Shown: positions 1 to 9,558, counted from the first letter of the stretch. The stretch: DNA of 64,000 bases from a virus (IMGVR_UViG_3300034171_000062:96001-160000); one strand, 5' to 3'. The notes: generated by a model from the letters alone, not told the origin. A program made the numbers and translations.

Positions 1-1
1 T

Positions 2-1210
2 GAGAAACTCAAAGTAGTATCCGGACAATACGACGAGCGGGCTGCCACGGCTGAGAAAGCCTATAAGGAAGCGTATGTGCTGAGGGAGGCAATCCAAAAC
101 TACGCGCATCAATTCGGGCGCTTACGTACTCTGGCCCACAGCTACCCGAAAGCCCGTAATTTGTTTGACTGGCTGATGGATGACGATCGCATCTACCACA
201 ACCCGTCGCAATACACCACGGTCATAGACCGCTGGTTAAACGATTTATACCTAGGAGCAGAACTCTCCCGCCAGGAGAAGGAACTGCGCATGGTCGAAGA
301 GACAGTGACTAAGGCTAAGATGCTCAGCGACACCAACGCCGATCACATAGGCGACAGTCTGGCGGGCCTGCACAAGCAGATTCAGGCGACGTCGGACGAA
401 GTGCGATTGGCTAAAGACGATCTGACTAAGTTAGAACGTCGGGCCACACATGCCACGCGGGCCGAGAACTGGGGGCGTGAATTGGATCAGTTGTACGTCA
501 AGATCGAGCAGGACTACCAACTCATGCAAGAGTGTCTGAAGTCCGACACTTTGGCTGGGTTGATTCGAGAGCACCAGTCCGACTTGGCTATCAAGTCTCA
601 GAAGCTGAACGAAAAGAGTTCCATGGAAGGGATCATCCGCGATTTGGAGCGGTCTCTCGTCGACGTTGATCAGACCCATGAGACGCATAAGTTGTTGTGT
701 AAGGCTTTGTCTCCGACCGATGGGGTCATCGCTGAACAGATGACGGCGTTCATTAATTGTTTAACCGAACAGATGAACGAGATCTTGGAACAGCTGTACA
801 GTTACCCGTTGAAGATCCTACCTTGTGGGATTGAGTCGAACGAGTTGGATTACAAGTTTCCGTTAGTGGCGGGTAACGATCAGGTCCATGCGTACGACGT
901 CAAAGACGGATCGGAAGGACAACAGGAGATCGTTGACTTTGCGTTTAAGTTGGTGGCGTCCTTGTACTTGGGGTTCAACGATTATCCGCTGTACGTGGAT
1001 GAAGTGGGGCAGAACCAAGACGAGACACACTTGGCAAATGTGATGTCGTACATCAAACTTCTGATCGATGCGAATCGACACAATCAGTTATTTATGATCT
1101 CGCACCACGCTGCCGGCCACGGAAGCTTTACCAATGCGGATTACTTGGTGCTTCATGGGGCCAACATCAGCACCCCTCAGAAACACAACGGACACGTTGA
1201 GATGGCGTAA
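2..1210 (+). CDS. sbcC: SbcC/Rad50-like SMC ATPase, C-terminal part (5' truncated by window; phiKZ gp165-like)
   Basis: Frame is open from position 2. Long coiled coil, then ABC signature-like GSEGQQ, Walker B PLYVDE and H-loop FMISH. Confidence 0.9.
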   Translation, partial: EKLKVVSGQYDERAATAEKAYKEAYVLREAIQNYAHQFGRLRTLAHSYPKARNLFDWLMDDDRIYHNPSQYTTVIDRWLNDLYLGAELSRQEKELRMVEETVTKAKMLSDTNADHIGDSLAGLHKQIQATSDEVRLAKDDLTKLERRATHATRAENWGRELDQLYVKIEQDYQLMQECLKSDTLAGLIREHQSDLAIKSQKLNEKSSMEGIIRDLERSLVDVDQTHETHKLLCKALSPTDGVIAEQMTAFINCLTEQMNEILEQLYSYPLKILPCGIESNELDYKFPLVAGNDQVHAYDVKDGSEGQQEIVDFAFKLVASLYLGFNDYPLYVDEVGQNQDETHLANVMSYIKLLIDANRHNQLFMISHHAAGHGSFTNADYLVLHGANISTPQKHNGHVEMA

Positions 1211-1212
1211 CA

Positions 1213-1241
1213 GGGAGACCTACGGGTCTCCCTTTATGCCG
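1213..1241 (+). terminator. Hairpin GGGAGACC-TACG-GGTCTCCC followed by TTTATGCCG
   Basis: Perfect 8-bp stem immediately after the sbcC stop codon. Confidence 0.8.
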
Positions 1242-1274
1242 CTTCTATTCCTCGATTCAATGGAATTATAGACC

Positions 1275-1290
1275 TATATCACAGAGGTGA
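1275..1290 (+). promoter_or_regulatory. Putative early (virion RNAP) promoter TATATCAC-AG-AGGT
   Basis: Motif recurs six times upstream of + strand genes and resembles the phiKZ early consensus TATATTAC. Confidence 0.7.
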
Positions 1291-1340
1291 GTTGGTTACA
1301 TTAACCACGTTACCCATACCCTATATAAAGGAATTACCTC

Positions 1341-1562
1341 ATGAAAAACTATTTGCTAGAACGTCCGTTGATCGTCATGTCTGTGTTCATTGCACTCAAC
1401 CTCATAATTGGTGCTTGGTTGTACAGCAACGGTTCTCAGGCAATGGGTCTGATGTGTTTTATGACCGCTGCTATTAACGTCGTTGGAGTGATTGCAGGGC
1501 AACTAACTCTTGTTGCAATCCACTTAATTCAGCGTCGCATTGACTCAGACGTTATTGCTTAA
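1341..1562 (+). CDS. Small membrane protein (probable early gene)
   Basis: AAGGA RBS; two hydrophobic segments. Confidence 0.7.
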   Translation: MKNYLLERPLIVMSVFIALNLIIGAWLYSNGSQAMGLMCFMTAAINVVGVIAGQLTLVAIHLIQRRIDSDVIA

Positions 1563-1690
1563 ATTACCTTTAGGAGATTGCCCTTAAGAACTCGGCGGAA
1601 ATGCACGAGGTTCAAATCCCGCCCGCAGACATACTCGATAAATACCCCCATTGTTGAATTACCCCATAACCTATAGAAAGGAACATTATC

Positions 1691-2002
1691 ATGAACTCAC
1701 AAATCCGCACCGAAACCACAGTTGTCTTAGACCGCGAAGTTGATCTACATATCCTCGCGTTGCTGAAAATCAGACAGAAAGCGACCAAGACCGAGCACGA
1801 CGGACTGTTGATCAAGCGCATTACCAGCGTGACTGATAGCGTGAATGCCGAACGCAATGGCGATCGTGAACTGGCATTGAAGTTTGAAGTGTATGGCGAT
1901 GAGGTTGTATCCCGTATGATCGCAACCAAGCGCGACCTCGATAAGTTGAACGTTGCACTTAAAGAAGTTCAATCGCGCCTGAACATGTATTCTAACGATT
2001 AA
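1691..2002 (+). CDS. Hypothetical coiled-coil protein
   Basis: AAGGA RBS, ATG start, amphipathic helical sequence. Confidence 0.75.
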   Translation: MNSQIRTETTVVLDREVDLHILALLKIRQKATKTEHDGLLIKRITSVTDSVNAERNGDRELALKFEVYGDEVVSRMIATKRDLDKLNVALKEVQSRLNMYSND

Positions 2003-2031
2003 TAACTCCCATAACCTTTAAGGAAACTGAC

Positions 2032-2379
2032 ATGATCTTAAACACCGCCGTCGATGTCAACATCTTACTCGAGGACCTCGGGGGGAAGTTGACTCCTGTG
2101 CCAAGTACACTACATGTATCCAGTAGCGTTTCAGAAACTCGCAATCAATTCCGCGAACGACTAATGACGTTGGTTGAAGAACACTACCAAGAAGAAGCGT
2201 TGGTTGTGTCTATGATTGTTATTGAACAAGGTGAACTGGGCAAACGAGTCGTCGCGTTGAAACGCCCGTTAAACGAGTCAGACTCGTTAGAATGCTGTGA
2301 GGCAACGAGTCTCGAGATACCTTTTCGAACAGGCGGCAACATACTGCGCCTGATTCCAGAATCTGCACCCCTTCATTAA
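2032..2379 (+). CDS. Hypothetical protein
   Basis: TAAGGA RBS; packed in an operon. Confidence 0.7.
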   Translation: MILNTAVDVNILLEDLGGKLTPVPSTLHVSSSVSETRNQFRERLMTLVEEHYQEEALVVSMIVIEQGELGKRVVALKRPLNESDSLECCEATSLEIPFRTGGNILRLIPESAPLH

Positions 2380-2394
2380 GGGAGAGCGTACGCT

Positions 2395-3003
2395 ATGAAT
2401 GACATCGCTGGAGAACACGAAGTCTATCGGATTTTCACCCAGAAGTCAGAAGAGTTGGACAAGGTGGCGATACATCGAAATTCAATTGTTGGGAGACTGA
2501 TACACCATCCACACATCAAACGTTTTGATGTCACCGACTTAGCGGTAGGTGACTGGAACTTCCAGTGGGTGGCGACCATGGGACACGAGAACCACGGGGT
2601 TCTGATCCTAAAGCCCACCAATCGCCGGACAAAACAGTTAGTGGTAGTGGGGCGTGCCATGTACTTAATCACCAACTTCGGAGTAGAACCCGAGGTGGCG
2701 ATGGGACTGGTCCAAGCGTCTTGGGGCGTCAGACATGCGTCCAACGACGACGTCCTGGGACTGATCGTAGACAGCCTGACACCGGAAGCATGGGACGGCT
2801 ATGAAGACCAACCTCGAGAGTGGGTCAAAGCAAGGCTGGAACGGACCGACAGTGGGTGGGATCGGATGCGCAGTTTGCATCTGAACAAAATCGGTTCGGC
2901 GTACGACGTGGTTCGACATTACCATGAGATCCGGGGTGACAAGCGCAAGGCTCCGCCCTTCCCTGAAAAGCTGCTGCGGCTGGCCATTGCTGGGGAAATC
3001 TAA
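2395..3003 (+). CDS. Hypothetical protein, paralog of 3735..4301
   Basis: GGAG RBS; shares the DWxFxW...NxG...P...GRA...DV pattern with 3735..4301. Confidence 0.75.
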   Translation: MNDIAGEHEVYRIFTQKSEELDKVAIHRNSIVGRLIHHPHIKRFDVTDLAVGDWNFQWVATMGHENHGVLILKPTNRRTKQLVVVGRAMYLITNFGVEPEVAMGLVQASWGVRHASNDDVLGLIVDSLTPEAWDGYEDQPREWVKARLERTDSGWDRMRSLHLNKIGSAYDVVRHYHEIRGDKRKAPPFPEKLLRLAIAGEI

Positions 3004-3006
3004 TCT

Positions 3007-3034
3007 GGAGGACCTTCGGGTCCTCTTATTTTTT
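3007..3034 (+). terminator. Intrinsic terminator (UUCG hairpin plus U-tract)
   Basis: GAGGACC-TTCG-GGTCCTC then TTATTTTTT. Confidence 0.85.
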
Positions 3035-3078
3035 GTCGAGACTGTCTTAAGGTATGAGACTATTTCGAGGAATTCATT

Positions 3079-3702
3079 ATGTTACGCAACACAGCGATCG
3101 TTCGCCAGATGGCCGAAGGCCTTAAAATCAAGGCGTCTTACAAGCAAGAAGACAAGAACGACGAGATTGAACGGGTGTACTTTGCCAAGCTCAGCGACTT
3201 TGACCAGCTGAGTAGTGCCCCCCATACCGAAGAACACGAACAGTGGGAATATCGCTTGTTCGAAGACGAGCGGCCCATCGGTACTCTAAGGTCCAGATCC
3301 ATCGACCAAGGCGATCGATACGAACTGACCATCAAGACCTACCGAAAGAACGACGTGGGTTCGGTGGAGTGTAACCTAGGCAGTACTGTGGAAATGCACG
3401 AGGTCATCTCCGCGTTGGCCAACCGAGTGCTCCGTAAGGTCCGTTACGTCTACCCAGTGCCCGTGACCTACCGTGGGGAAGAGATCACTCTTAAATGGGA
3501 GATCGACGTGTTCAAGTTGGCAGATGGGAGTTTTTACCCTTGGGTGAAGGTGGACTTAGAAGTACCCGATCCAGAGGTCAATGCCCCTAAGTTTCCGTTC
3601 CGCGCCGACGAGATCATCGACACCAGCTTTGGCCGCAGCCTCACCGACGACGAACGCCAGACGGTCGACGCTTTGTTTGCCGCCGTTAAATCCAACCGTT
3701 AA
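3079..3702 (+). CDS. CYTH (triphosphate tunnel metalloenzyme) domain protein
   Basis: EIER (ExExK-like) near the N-terminus, then LRSR, LTIK, RKVRY, WEIDVF and DLEV in the usual CYTH order. Confidence 0.75.
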   Translation: MLRNTAIVRQMAEGLKIKASYKQEDKNDEIERVYFAKLSDFDQLSSAPHTEEHEQWEYRLFEDERPIGTLRSRSIDQGDRYELTIKTYRKNDVGSVECNLGSTVEMHEVISALANRVLRKVRYVYPVPVTYRGEEITLKWEIDVFKLADGSFYPWVKVDLEVPDPEVNAPKFPFRADEIIDTSFGRSLTDDERQTVDALFAAVKSNR

Positions 3703-3734
3703 CCTTACAGCAACGAACCGCCAGGAGCAGTACC

Positions 3735-4301
3735 ATGAGTATTCGTCTGACCGCCGATACCTTGACGGCAGAGACACTGTCTAAGGTGGCTGTAGAAAAA
3801 GCTGGTCTTTTGGGCATGTATCAGAGAACTGAGTTCGAAGCTTTGACCGTAATGCATTTAGATGACTGGGCATTCGATTGGTTGCCGTCGAACTTGGACG
3901 TCAATGTGGGACGAGTTAAAATGCGCCCCATGACACAAGAAGCCGTTAAACTGTTAGATCGGGGGCGGGCATTGCGTATCACCGAGCGTCACTCGGAGGT
4001 AGGACTGGCCAGAGGCATTGCTTTAATCAAAGCTCTTAAGCGCCACCGACTGGGTATGCACGGCGACGTTCAAGACGTCTTGATCCGCTGTTGGAACAGT
4101 CCAGGAGTAGACACAGCTATGGAAGACGTGTCTAGGTTTCATCGCTGGGTAAAGAAAAACAGTTCAGTGGGCCTGCGCCCAGAACATCGAGTGGCCATCT
4201 ACGAACTATTACCTAAGATCACTCGAGTCATGCAAAGGGACTTCTCGAACGATTATCGAAAAGCCAGAAACAAACGTAAGGTCGAGGCCGTTCAAGGTTA
4301 A
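3735..4301 (+). CDS. Hypothetical protein, paralog of 2395..3003
   Basis: AGGAG RBS; motif pattern shared with 2395..3003. Confidence 0.75.
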   Translation: MSIRLTADTLTAETLSKVAVEKAGLLGMYQRTEFEALTVMHLDDWAFDWLPSNLDVNVGRVKMRPMTQEAVKLLDRGRALRITERHSEVGLARGIALIKALKRHRLGMHGDVQDVLIRCWNSPGVDTAMEDVSRFHRWVKKNSSVGLRPEHRVAIYELLPKITRVMQRDFSNDYRKARNKRKVEAVQG

Positions 4302-4323
4302 TGGAAACCGTTGTCCCTATAGA

Positions 4324-4361
4324 CGGCATAGGAGGAGGCCGTAGCCTCCTCCTTATTTTTT
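4324..4361. terminator. Bidirectional terminator between convergent genes
   Basis: CGGCATA-GGAGGAGGC-CGTA-GCCTCCTCC-TTATTTTT. Confidence 0.85.
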
Positions 4362-4370
4362 GCTTTGACT

Positions 4371-4991
4371 TTACTCCGGGGGGTCTAGTAGACCGTTGGC
4401 GATGATGATCTGTTCAAGGGTTTTGATACGCTCCGCAAGGTCGTTGTTCATTCTGACTTGCTCGACGTATTTGGCGTAGTCGGTGGTTTGGAATTCGATG
4501 TTTGACAGTCGAGAGGCTTCCAGTATTTGATGTTGCTCTGGCGTGACCACTCCACTGGTGGGGGCCACGGCCTCGTGTACATCGGGCAACTTACCGATCA
4601 CCTTGCTGCCTACCGTGGCCATTTCTTGCTTGATGTAATCCAAGTCCAAGAAGTCAGGCAGTAAACCAAAGTCCACCGACATCACCACACGTTGATAACT
4701 GACGATTCCCATGTCGGGGTAAGCCACAATGTAGGTGTCTGGCACATACACGATGTCGAAGTCGTCGGAGATCAGAGTGATGATGGCTGCGTTATCGTCG
4801 TCGTCGGCATTGAAGGCACTGCGAGAAACACCGAACGGTTCGTAGTACTGACCGAACACGTCCTGACCCAACTCGTAGATGTCCTTAAATGATCGAATCG
4901 CGTAACAGCTGTAAACCTTTGAGGACGAGACTTCCCAAGGTTGCCGCAGTTGATAAATGCCCCGTGCAGCTAGAGGGGGAGTTTTCTTCAT
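4371..4991 (-). CDS. Conserved phiKZ-like protein, probably virion-associated
   Basis: 206-aa ORF co-transcribed with 5015..6376, in the block between sbcC and RNase H typical of these phages. Confidence 0.65.
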   Translation of the reverse strand: MKKTPPLAARGIYQLRQPWEVSSSKVYSCYAIRSFKDIYELGQDVFGQYYEPFGVSRSAFNADDDDNAAIITLISDDFDIVYVPDTYIVAYPDMGIVSYQRVVMSVDFGLLPDFLDLDYIKQEMATVGSKVIGKLPDVHEAVAPTSGVVTPEQHQILEASRLSNIEFQTTDYAKYVEQVRMNNDLAERIKTLEQIIIANGLLDPPE

Positions 4992-5014
4992 ATTAGCGCC
5001 TCATTGGTGCCGGG

Positions 5015-6376
5015 TTAAACGGGCTCGCCTTCTGGACTGGTCTCTGGGGCGATTTCCCCAAACAGATCTTCATACGACAATCGAGAAACCACCAGATACT
5101 GGAACTCCTCGTGCGACGAGACCAGATACATCACGTTGTCTCGGATCAACCGAGTCATCCCCGAAGGCAGATTGGAGTATTCTGTCATCTCGTCTGCGAC
5201 CTTCAACATCTTAGACAACAGAACCGTCCACTCTTGCGTGCGCGGTGACATGCGGCCGAACTCGGATGAGTTGGTTGGGATGGCTATGTAGTCTGGGAAC
5301 TGATCCGACAACACCATGACCCCGTCTCGATTGTCAGGACCGCCCACTGCCAAAAATGACATGGACCGCCAGTTAGCCACAGACGTCACTACAACGTCAT
5401 CCACGTGTAGGTTCTCGTAACGGGTAGCTGTGGCGCGGGCGACGTCTAAAACGTCCTTGTGACGCACCGTAGGGCTGTACAGTCCCTTTACGACCGTCTC
5501 GTTCGGGATACTGAAATTAGCCCACAGAGGGGTGATGACAAATTCCGTAGCTTTGAACAAGTCGGGGATGTATTCTTCCCACTCTTCTCGGGTGTGGGCG
5601 CTGTTGTCGAGGATGTACTTGGTCAGGACGGCTTTGATGTTGTCTATGCTGTTGCCAGCCGGGCCGTAGATCACCAACGTCCAAGGTGTTGAGAGTTCGT
5701 ACTCCGGTTCGATCGGATTGGACCAGGTGTAGATGTCTGTTCGTAGAATGGTTTCTGGGTAACCGTCTTTGGCTTCTTGTACTCTCAGCATCCGCTCGGA
5801 GGCATCGTACTGATCGATCAAAGCTTTGACTTCCACCGCGGTCTTAAAGAAGTCGTCTAGCGTGTCAAACGGCGGCACTACGGTGATGGCGTACTCATCG
5901 TACTGGGCTCGGAACGCCGCATCGCTCAGCCAGATGCGAATGCTGTTCTCAGTCGCAACACCAACACCGATCACGGTAAACTGTAGGTACTGTGGCATCC
6001 AGATGTTTGAGGACGGGTCCTGAACCATCTGACCTACTTCCAATCCAGTCATGCGGTCTGAAAATTCACTCAGCAACGCAGATGCCAGATCGCTCTCACT
6101 GTCGGTAAAGTCTCCGGCCACCGACTTGGTGTACAGCCACTGCCCCAGTTCCAAGATTGGGTCGCTGTACCCAGGCGCCACTTCCACTTGCGGGCCATTG
6201 TCGGTACGGCTGTGAAACGCCATCAGATCCACGGCGGATTGCGTCGAACTGCTGTAGTGACCCACGTCTTTACTGAAGGTTTTGGCGTAAGTAGACAATT
6301 CGCCAATAGGGGAAATGGCCCCCGGTGTGTTGTCGGCCAATGGTTGGATCACCATAAAACCTTTCAAGATGTACAT
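5015..6376 (-). CDS. Putative virion structural protein (phiKZ gp157-like)
   Basis: About 453 aa starting MYILKGF with AGGAG RBS; size and position match the phiKZ-like structural gene beside RNase H (from memory). Confidence 0.6.
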   Translation of the reverse strand: MYILKGFMVIQPLADNTPGAISPIGELSTYAKTFSKDVGHYSSSTQSAVDLMAFHSRTDNGPQVEVAPGYSDPILELGQWLYTKSVAGDFTDSESDLASALLSEFSDRMTGLEVGQMVQDPSSNIWMPQYLQFTVIGVGVATENSIRIWLSDAAFRAQYDEYAITVVPPFDTLDDFFKTAVEVKALIDQYDASERMLRVQEAKDGYPETILRTDIYTWSNPIEPEYELSTPWTLVIYGPAGNSIDNIKAVLTKYILDNSAHTREEWEEYIPDLFKATEFVITPLWANFSIPNETVVKGLYSPTVRHKDVLDVARATATRYENLHVDDVVVTSVANWRSMSFLAVGGPDNRDGVMVLSDQFPDYIAIPTNSSEFGRMSPRTQEWTVLLSKMLKVADEMTEYSNLPSGMTRLIRDNVMYLVSSHEEFQYLVVSRLSYEDLFGEIAPETSPEGEPV

Positions 6377-6545
6377 ACGCAAGCTCCTAAATACTAATTC
6401 TATGGCTATTGACGCAGACCTGACTGTGTGCTATCGTGGACACACCGTCCAGGAGCACCTGCAAACGGCTGCGTATTATGGGAGAAAAACAACCATACCA
6501 TGTTGATCGGTCACTGTCGATTCTCCCTCCAGACATAGGAGTGTC

Positions 6546-7034
6546 ATGGATTTAACCAAGCTCTTTAAGGTCATTGAATTTACGTGGCCGTTTATAAAAG
6601 AGATCGTGCTTGATAAAGATGCTCCCAAAGCTGACCGACGTAAGAAAGGCATCGTGTTTACGTTGCTGACCACGCTGGTGTTATTTGGAGCTGGCGCATG
6701 GGGAACGGTGCAGACATATGTCCAACCCTTCTTACCGCCCAGTCAAACTAGCGCGCCTTCTCAATACGACCGCACCCGCTGGGTTCGGTTTTTAGAAGAC
6801 CAGATGACCGAAAAAGCTGCAGAGGTGATTGAACTTCAAGTGCAATTGGAGGCAACCTCGATGCAGTTAAAGACTGAGAGGAACCGTGTTGAAGATCTGG
6901 CCCAACGACTTGAAGTGTTGGAATCCAAGTTAACGGAAGACACTCAGTCGCCTATCGTCCCACTCGTAGATCCGCCTCCTACCTCAGGAATGGATTTGTT
7001 TGATCAACTTAACGCACTAAGGACCAATTCATGA
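6546..7034 (+). CDS. Putative inner-membrane spanin (i-spanin)
   Basis: Basic stretch, one transmembrane helix (GIVFTLLTTLVLFGAGAWG) and a coiled coil; overlaps a lipoprotein gene by 4 nt. Confidence 0.65.
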   Translation: MDLTKLFKVIEFTWPFIKEIVLDKDAPKADRRKKGIVFTLLTTLVLFGAGAWGTVQTYVQPFLPPSQTSAPSQYDRTRWVRFLEDQMTEKAAEVIELQVQLEATSMQLKTERNRVEDLAQRLEVLESKLTEDTQSPIVPLVDPPPTSGMDLFDQLNALRTNS

Positions 7035-7453
7035 AAGTATTAGTCCGCAGCGGTATTCTTGGGATACTGCTGTTGTTTGGGGGGTGTGGTACAGCGCCCA
7101 TTAACATCACTCAAAGTACCGTGCCTGAGTCGATTACAGTAAAAAAGGAACCCGTCGTTTCACCGTACATTGAGCGGTGGACCGTTACTTACGAACGTCA
7201 AGGACCGGAGGCACCCATCGCCGTCGCTGAGAGCGTTCCACAGCACCCGGAGTGCCCTCAGTTTGACATGCCTGCCGTTGGTAACCCTCCCGGCATACCC
7301 GAGTTAGATCGCGGCAGACGGGGCGACTACGAATACATCGCCGAGTCGTTGTTGAATCACGTTCGGGAGTTGATGGAGTATAATCAAGGCGTGCAACACG
7401 AATTTGCCTTGGCGTATAAACGATATGTGGCACAATGTAAACGTGTGGATTAA
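7031..7453 (+). CDS. Putative outer-membrane lipoprotein spanin (o-spanin)
   Basis: Signal peptide ending LLLFGG-C, Pro-rich body, two further Cys residues. Confidence 0.65.
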   Translation: MKVLVRSGILGILLLFGGCGTAPINITQSTVPESITVKKEPVVSPYIERWTVTYERQGPEAPIAVAESVPQHPECPQFDMPAVGNPPGIPELDRGRRGDYEYIAESLLNHVRELMEYNQGVQHEFALAYKRYVAQCKRVD

Positions 7454-7528
7454 ACCCAACAGAGTTGTCTCATCAGATGGTGAGAGGCTCTGTTGGGCCA
7501 TATATGAATTTAAACGTCGGGTGTAGAC

Positions 7529-9034
7529 ATGACCGAAGAAACCAAAAAACCAGAGACCGAAATTCCGGAAAAAGAGTCGCTTGACTTTATCGTGTATACC
7601 GACGGCGGGGCTAAACCTTCTCGAGGTCGTGCCGGTTACGGCTTCCACGGTTACCTGTATCGAGACTCAGTACCAAAGCAAGGGTCTGGGGCTAAAGCCA
7701 CCCCAACCAACGAAGGTTATGTGGCCTCGGCGCCTAAGGACAAGGCAGTAGAAGTGGTTACCTACGTGGACATGTACGCGTCCATGGAAGCAAACGAAAC
7801 CAACAACGCCATGGAGCTGATCGCGGCTTGTGAAGCGTTAGAGTACGCGTCTGAGAAAAACGTAAAGTCTATCTTGGTCTATGTGGACAGTAAGTACGTG
7901 GGCGACGGCTTGACGGATTGGGTTGCTGGCTGGATGGCCAACGATTGGAAGAAGTCAGACGGTGGTGACGTCGTCAACCGAGAGCTCTGGGAACGTCTAC
8001 TGTTGGCGAAAGGTGCCTTGGAGAAGAAACAGATCAGCGTAAACATCCAATGGGTCCGCGGACACAGTGGCGATCTGGGTAACACCATGGCCGACTTCCA
8101 CGCCTCACGAGGAGTGCTGTTGGCTGAAAAGCGGGTCGTTGATCGTCAACGTTGGGAAAGTGAATCAAAAGGGTATTGGAATCTGAAGAGTGCGTACAAC
8201 CGCATGCTGTCCAAATCCTGCTGGTACTTCAACACCAATACAGGCGATACCTTTAAAACTGCGGATGGCCGTTGGGTCTACCATTTGGGCAAACACGGCG
8301 ACAACGATGGGATGTTAGGTAAACGCATGTCAGATGCCAGCTTCTCGGTAGTGTACTTGAAAGAGCCCAGTGCGGTCCTGGAGATCCTTAGGACATATCA
8401 AGACGAAGTCAGCGATGGAACGTCGCAACGCGTCATCGTCGGGCGTCTGGACGCCATTCATCAACCGCGCAATCACCTCGATCTTCAAGAGAACAAGGAC
8501 CGCTTCTTATCTCGGGGCAGTCGTCATCTGGACTTGACGAACATAGAAGATGTGCAACTGACCAAAGAAATGCGGCCTGCCCGTTTGGCATATCGAGCCA
8601 TTGAGACTCTGGTAAGTTTGGAAGCGATGTTGGAAGACTACGTCTTCGGGAAAGATGGCGATCCGCAACGCTTGAACTTTGTGGTGACCGACATCACCGA
8701 CCTGCTGTTCGAGAAAGAAGAAACCAGCAAGGGTAAAGTCAAGTGTAAACTCAAGAAAGAACTGGGTACTGGCGTTCGTTCCATTGACGCAGACATCGAA
8801 TACGACACCGGAAAACATAAAGGCACGACTACCACCACTTTAGTATTGGACATGGACCTCCCTAATCGGAACGCTCTGTCAGCCCTGGCTGACCGGAACC
8901 CGACGGTGAAGGTCCTGACCGTGCGAGAGTCGGATGGATCTTTTCGATTCGCCTCAGTAATGGAAGCGGGCGACGACATCGGCATTTGGTCGTCGATATA
9001 TTCGAACTTGAAACTCATCTCTGGGTCGGAGTGA
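7529..9034 (+). CDS. rnhA: Ribonuclease HI with C-terminal extension (phiKZ gp155-like)
   Basis: YTDGG, TNNAMELIA, VDSKYV, NRELWERL and WVRGHSGDLGNTMAD motifs. Confidence 0.93.
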   Translation: MTEETKKPETEIPEKESLDFIVYTDGGAKPSRGRAGYGFHGYLYRDSVPKQGSGAKATPTNEGYVASAPKDKAVEVVTYVDMYASMEANETNNAMELIAACEALEYASEKNVKSILVYVDSKYVGDGLTDWVAGWMANDWKKSDGGDVVNRELWERLLLAKGALEKKQISVNIQWVRGHSGDLGNTMADFHASRGVLLAEKRVVDRQRWESESKGYWNLKSAYNRMLSKSCWYFNTNTGDTFKTADGRWVYHLGKHGDNDGMLGKRMSDASFSVVYLKEPSAVLEILRTYQDEVSDGTSQRVIVGRLDAIHQPRNHLDLQENKDRFLSRGSRHLDLTNIEDVQLTKEMRPARLAYRAIETLVSLEAMLEDYVFGKDGDPQRLNFVVTDITDLLFEKEETSKGKVKCKLKKELGTGVRSIDADIEYDTGKHKGTTTTTLVLDMDLPNRNALSALADRNPTVKVLTVRESDGSFRFASVMEAGDDIGIWSSIYSNLKLISGSE

Positions 9035-9072
9035 CCTCTGATCTACTGTGAGTTCTATGTACAGGTGGCGGG

Positions 9073-9519
9073 ATGGCTGGCGTACGTACAATACTGTTAA
9101 CACTACTCAAACCCTTCAGTGTGATCTTAGCAACCCTCACGGGGTTGCTTCTGACCAACCGCGGTAAACGGATTCTGTTCGCAGCGTCCCTTTACACGTA
9201 TTTGAATCGCGTCGACCCAAGCGAATTGGACACCGACACGATGAACGAATACATGGAGGAGATCAACCGGTTGTTTCAATTGACCGGCCGAGAACACCGA
9301 GCGTTGCTGATGCCCTTAATGTTGCACGAGTTCATTTGGGGAAACATCGAATTGCCAGACGATGAATGTTTGACAAAACGCACGGTGCAGAGTAATTGTG
9401 AATTCTTGCTGAAACGCATACCGCACTGGTTGCGTTATGATTCAAAGGTGATGAAAGACGACGCCATGGTAATCGTACGTCGCTCGGCAGGACGGTATCT
9501 ACAACTGCAACACCGGTGA
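9073..9519 (+). CDS. Hypothetical protein with hydrophobic N-terminus
   Basis: 148-aa ORF preceded by AGTTCTATG, a late-type motif. Confidence 0.65.
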   Translation: MAGVRTILLTLLKPFSVILATLTGLLLTNRGKRILFAASLYTYLNRVDPSELDTDTMNEYMEEINRLFQLTGREHRALLMPLMLHEFIWGNIELPDDECLTKRTVQSNCEFLLKRIPHWLRYDSKVMKDDAMVIVRRSAGRYLQLQHR

Positions 9520-9558
9520 AGCGCTGTATTAACTATCAATAAAGAAAAAAGGTTCGGC

